Position numbers and translations under genes: made by a program. Source: Squalus acanthias (Eukaryota). Taken from it: DNA of 64,000 nt. The stretch is from NCBI GenBank assembly GCA_030390025.1, contig CM059443.1, positions 68,076,001 to 68,140,000 on the forward strand, in the 5' to 3' direction. The notes beneath the pieces were generated by a model. The model did no database searches. It was not told the DNA's origin and was given only the letters and a program-made list of their open reading frames with translations. Positions 60,487 to 64,000 of the stretch are shown here, in pieces. Positions within the stretch are counted from its first letter, which is position 1, and every line of letters begins with the position of its first letter.

Positions 60487-61135
60487 CTTTTGCTTAGTCT
60501 CTGTTTTCATGACAAGTTCTTCATCTTCAGAAGGAATATCTTCAAAATAATCTATTTCATCATCATCATCCTTCTGCTTCCCTTCTTCCTTCTCAGCTTG
60601 CTCCAAAAAAGCTTCCATTTCTGAAAGTCTAAAAAATTTATCGTCTAGGTCGGAGCTGGTGGCGAATCTAGGGTTCCTTCTCTGGGGTTTAGTCCTTTTC
60701 TCAAGTTCATCAATGTCAAAGTTGAGATCAGAGTCTTCATCACTAAGCTTTTCAGTTTGAATATTTTTTCCTTTGACTTTCTGATTTTTTAACTCTTCTT
60801 CTTCCTCCTCCTCTTCACTGCTCTCCCTTATCTCAGCATCTTCTTCTATAGACTCATCGTTTTCAAACTCTTGCTCAGGAGCCTCGATCTCCACCTCTTC
60901 TTCAATCAGCCTGATAAGAGTGTCTCGAAGTAGAGAAGCCACTGTAACTTTGAAGTAGTTTAAGACTGAATTGTTCTGCAGTTCGATCTCTTGCCAGATC
61001 TGCTCCTCATCAAACTGTTCTATGACCAGCTCCTTCAGCGCGCTTCCAGCAACAGCATCTGCCTCCTGCTCCTTCTGTAAATCATACAGCTCCTTAGTGA
61101 GAGCAGTGAAGTCTGATGCCAATCCATCCTGTACA
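60487..61135 (-). CDS. MPHOSPH10: MPHOSPH10 exon 2
   Basis: VQDGLASDFTALTKELYD...FDEEQIWQEIELQN...DDKFFRLSEMEAFLE...IDYFEDI. Confidence 0.95.
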
Positions 61136-61395
61136 CTAGGAGAGGGAGAGAGGAACAGTGTTAATCTCATGGCTCCTTCCACAATCCCACCCTGTAACAC
61201 AGCAGATTAGGATCCGTTTATTACAAATTCCACATCCCCACCCCCCAATTTTCCCCAAAAGGTGTTGAGTCCTGTGGTTCTACAGGGAAGTCTGTTTGCC
61301 TCAGGCCCACGCCAGACACTGCACCCCGCTCAGTATAACTCAGGTCCACATGGGGCTGTTCACTGGATTCTCGCTGCCGGTGAGAGAGCTCGGGC

Positions 61396-62240
61396 CCCGG
61401 GCTCGGGCCTTTACCTGAGCAGGGGCTCGGGCCTTTACCTGAGCAGGGGCTCGGGCCTTTACCTGAGCAGGGGCTCGGGCCTTTACCTGAGCAGGGGCTC
61501 GGGCCTTTACCTGAGCAGGGGCTCGGGCCTTTACCTGAGCAGGGGCTCGGGCCTTTACCTGAGCAGGGGCTCGGGCCTTTACCTGAGCAGGGGCTCGGGC
61601 CTTTACCTGAGCAGGGGCTCGGGCCTTTACCTGAGCAGGGGCTCGGGCCTTTACCTGAGCAGGGGCTCGGGCCTTTACCTGAGCAGGGGCTCGGGCCTTT
61701 ACCTGAGCAGGGGCTCGGGCCTTTACCTGAGCAGGGGCTCGGGCCTTTACCTGAGCAGGGGCTCGGGCCTTTACCTGAGCAGGGGCTCGGGCCTTTACCT
61801 GAGCAGGGGCTCGGGCCTTTACCTGAGCAGGGGCTCGGGCCTTTACCTGAGCAGGGGCTCGGGCCTTTACCTGAGCAGGGGCTCGGGCCTTTACCTGAGC
61901 AGGGGCTCGGGCCTTTACCTGAGCAGGGGCTCGGGCCTTTACCTGAGCAGGGGCTCGGGCCTTTACCTGAGCAGGGGCTCGGGCCTTTACCTGAGCAGGG
62001 GCTCGGGCCTTTACCTGAGCAGGGGCTCGGGCCTTTACCTGAGCAGGGGCTCGGGCCTTTACCTGAGCAGGGGCTCGGGCCTTTACCTGAGCAGGAGCTC
62101 GGGCCCCCGGCTCGGGCCTTTACCTGAGCAGGAGCTCGGGCCCCCACCTGAGCAGGAGCTCGGGCCCCCGGCTCGGGCCTTTACCTGAGCAGGAGCTCGG
62201 GCCCCCGGCTCGGGCCTTTACCTGAGCAGGAGCTCGGGCC
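61396..62240. repeat. 24-bp minisatellite (~30 copies) built from the MPHOSPH10 exon-1 donor
   Basis: Unit gggcctttacctgagcaggggctc; on the minus strand gagcccctgctcag|gtaaaggccc. Confidence 0.95.
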
Positions 62241-62289
62241 GCTCCGCCGCGCTCTCCAGCCGCCGCGCGCACCCGGCCAGCGCCGCCAT
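62222..62289 (-). CDS. MPHOSPH10: U3 snoRNP protein MPP10, exon 1
   Basis: aagATGGCGGCG: MAALAGCARRLESAAERPELLL, then a phase-2 donor AG|gtaaag that matches exon 2. The 11 exons total 1998 nt. Confidence 0.88.
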
Positions 62290-62580
62290 CTTCCTGCCTG
62301 GAGTCACCGCGCGCCCGTCCCCGGAACACCGGCACCGCGGCACAAGGTTCCGGCCACCGAGTCCGCTGCGCAACCTTCCCCCGTCACTGACTCCAGCTTC
62401 CCGCCGATCGATTCGGGAGCGGAATCTCCCGCTTTATTCAGGAGGGGGTCCCTGGGGCTGGGCTGACCGACCCCCGGGGGGTCCCGGGGGCTAGGCTGAC
62501 TTACCGGGGCCTCCAGTAGATGGGAAAGTGAAGCCCATCCTCAAACAGGGGCCGCGGGGTAACCATGGCAACAGCAGCTG
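62240..62580. promoter_or_regulatory. CpG-island promoter of MPHOSPH10 with YY1, ETS and RFX X-box motifs
   Basis: CpG-rich. cgccatctt (YY1) at the ATG, ccggaa/ttccgg (ETS), and gtaaccatggcaac at 62559-62572 (X-box). Confidence 0.7.
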
Positions 62581-62689
62581 CCAGATTCTGTGGGGAGAAC
62601 AGGTTCTGGGTTTGAAACCTTCAGTAAAAGCGGTGCGAGCCCCTTTAAATGTACCTCAGTCCCATGTCAAATAATGGAACTGATTATCA

Positions 62690-63420
62690 GGAGTAAAGTT
62701 GAAGATGATCTGTCCAATAATCCGCCTCATAAACATCAGTCAGCATGGATTCAGGAGAAGAGCCTGCCTCCAACCTCTGAGGAGGTGACACCCCAGGTAG
62801 ACTGTGGTAAGCCTGCCAATGTGTTGCACCTAGACTTCCAAAAAATCCACAAAAATAACTATTAGTTAAACTCAAAGCTGTGGGAGTCTGGGGTAGATCT
62901 GGAGTATGGATAATAAACTGGTGTAAAACAGAGGAGTTATATTGTGGTGGGAAGGAGTACCGAGGGGGATAACTGCTGTTTCTAATTTACAACAATGAGT
63001 GTGACTCAGAAACCCAATGGAAATTGGTCAAATTTGGAGATGATACGAAACCAGGAGGTACAGTGAAATTGGAGAAAACTGTTTAGAAATTACAGAATGA
63101 GTTGGACATATTTAAGTACATAGAACAAAGGCAGATGAAATGTTTGCATTGAATTTACAGCACACAAATCGTCCATGGCGGCACATAATATGCTCCACAC
63201 GAGCCTCCTCACACCCTACTTCATCGAACTCTATCAATGTTTCCTTCTATTCCTTTCTCCTCATGTGTTTATCTAGCTTCCTCTTAAAGGCCTCAATGCT
63301 ATTCACCTCAACTACTCCATGGAGTAGCAAGTTCCACATTCGAACTACTCTGGGTAAAGAAGTTTCACCTGAATTATTTACTGAATTTATTAGTCCCTAT
63401 CTTATATTTATGAATTTAAT
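62690..63420. mobile_element. Degenerate CR1 fragments (+ strand RT piece, then - strand tail)
   Basis: VDCGKPANVLHLDFQK and KFGDDTK-like relics; the tail resembles 42065-42250. Confidence 0.55.
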
Positions 63421-63521
63421 GCAGACAAGCACTGCTCATAGAAACGATACATTGGCAACACACGTACTTTGTGAATTGTGTTGAAATACCTAACGATGAA
63501 GTTGGAAGTGACCTGAACGTA

Positions 63522-64000
63522 GGATGGGCTCCAATGGGAGAGTTAGGGTACGAGGGGGATGGGCTCCAATGGGAGAGTTAGGGTACGAGGGGGATGGGGT
63601 CCAATGGGAGAGTTCGGGTACGAGAGGGATGGGCTTCTATGGGAGAGTTAGGGTACGAGGGGGATGGGCTCCAATGGGAGAGTTAGGGTACGGGAGGGAC
63701 AGGGTTCGATGGGAGAGTTAGGGTACGAGGGGGATGGGCTCCAATAGAGAGTTAGGGTACGAGGGGGATGGGCTCCTATGGGAGAGTTAGGGTAGGAGGG
63801 GGATGGGGTTCGATGGGAGAGTTAGGGTACGAGGGGGATGGGCTCCAATGGGAGAGTTAGGGTGCGAGGGGGATGGGGTTCGATGGGAATGTTAGGGTAC
63901 GGGAGGGATGGGGTTCGATGGGAGAGTTGAGGTACGGGAGGGACAGGGTTTGATGGGAAAGTTAGGGTACGGGAGGGATGGGGTTCGATGGGAGAGTTGG
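63522..64000. repeat. 35-36-bp G-rich minisatellite, runs off the window edge
   Basis: Unit gatgggctccaatgggagagttagggtacgagggg. Confidence 0.92.

Noticed and set aside
61221-62188. 308-aa ORFs on both strands (SGKGPSPC / GSGLYLSR repeats)
   Set aside because: They result from a stop-free 24-bp tandem repeat in MPHOSPH10 intron 1.
62566-62603. ATGGCAACAGCAGCTGCC...AG|GTTCTG as MCEE exon 1
   Set aside because: The donor is weak, the phase does not fit the recalled human exon 1, the ATG lies within the X-box, and no downstream MCEE exon is in the window.

Overview
This is vertebrate nuclear DNA, almost certainly from a cartilaginous fish, judged from HE1/V-SINE-like, CR1, L2 and Penelope-type repeats. 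It holds three spliced genes that I reconstructed exon by exon with GT-AG junctions and consistent phase. MTMR10 (+) has 14 exons in the window (1201-27557) and its first two exons lie upstream. FAN1 (-) has 13 coding exons (48078-34508, 756 aa). MPHOSPH10 (-) has 11 exons (62289-50912, 665 aa). The introns contain nested retroelements (a near-intact full-length CR1, a second jockey-group LINE, many CR1/L2 fragments and SINEs), two MITE-like DNA elements and GC-rich minisatellites. The most notable observations are: (1) the predicted FAN1 lacks the vertebrate N-terminal UBZ4/PIP/SPYF region; (2) about 34 tandem CCAAT+GC-box units lie directly upstream of FAN1; (3) the MPHOSPH10 exon-1 splice donor is amplified about 30 times in intron 1; (4) several short Penelope-like insertions are present, some palindromic, some with target-site duplications and some with a minimal hammerhead-ribozyme core. 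Homology calls rest on recalled human protein sequences and repeat consensus sequences, not on database searches.
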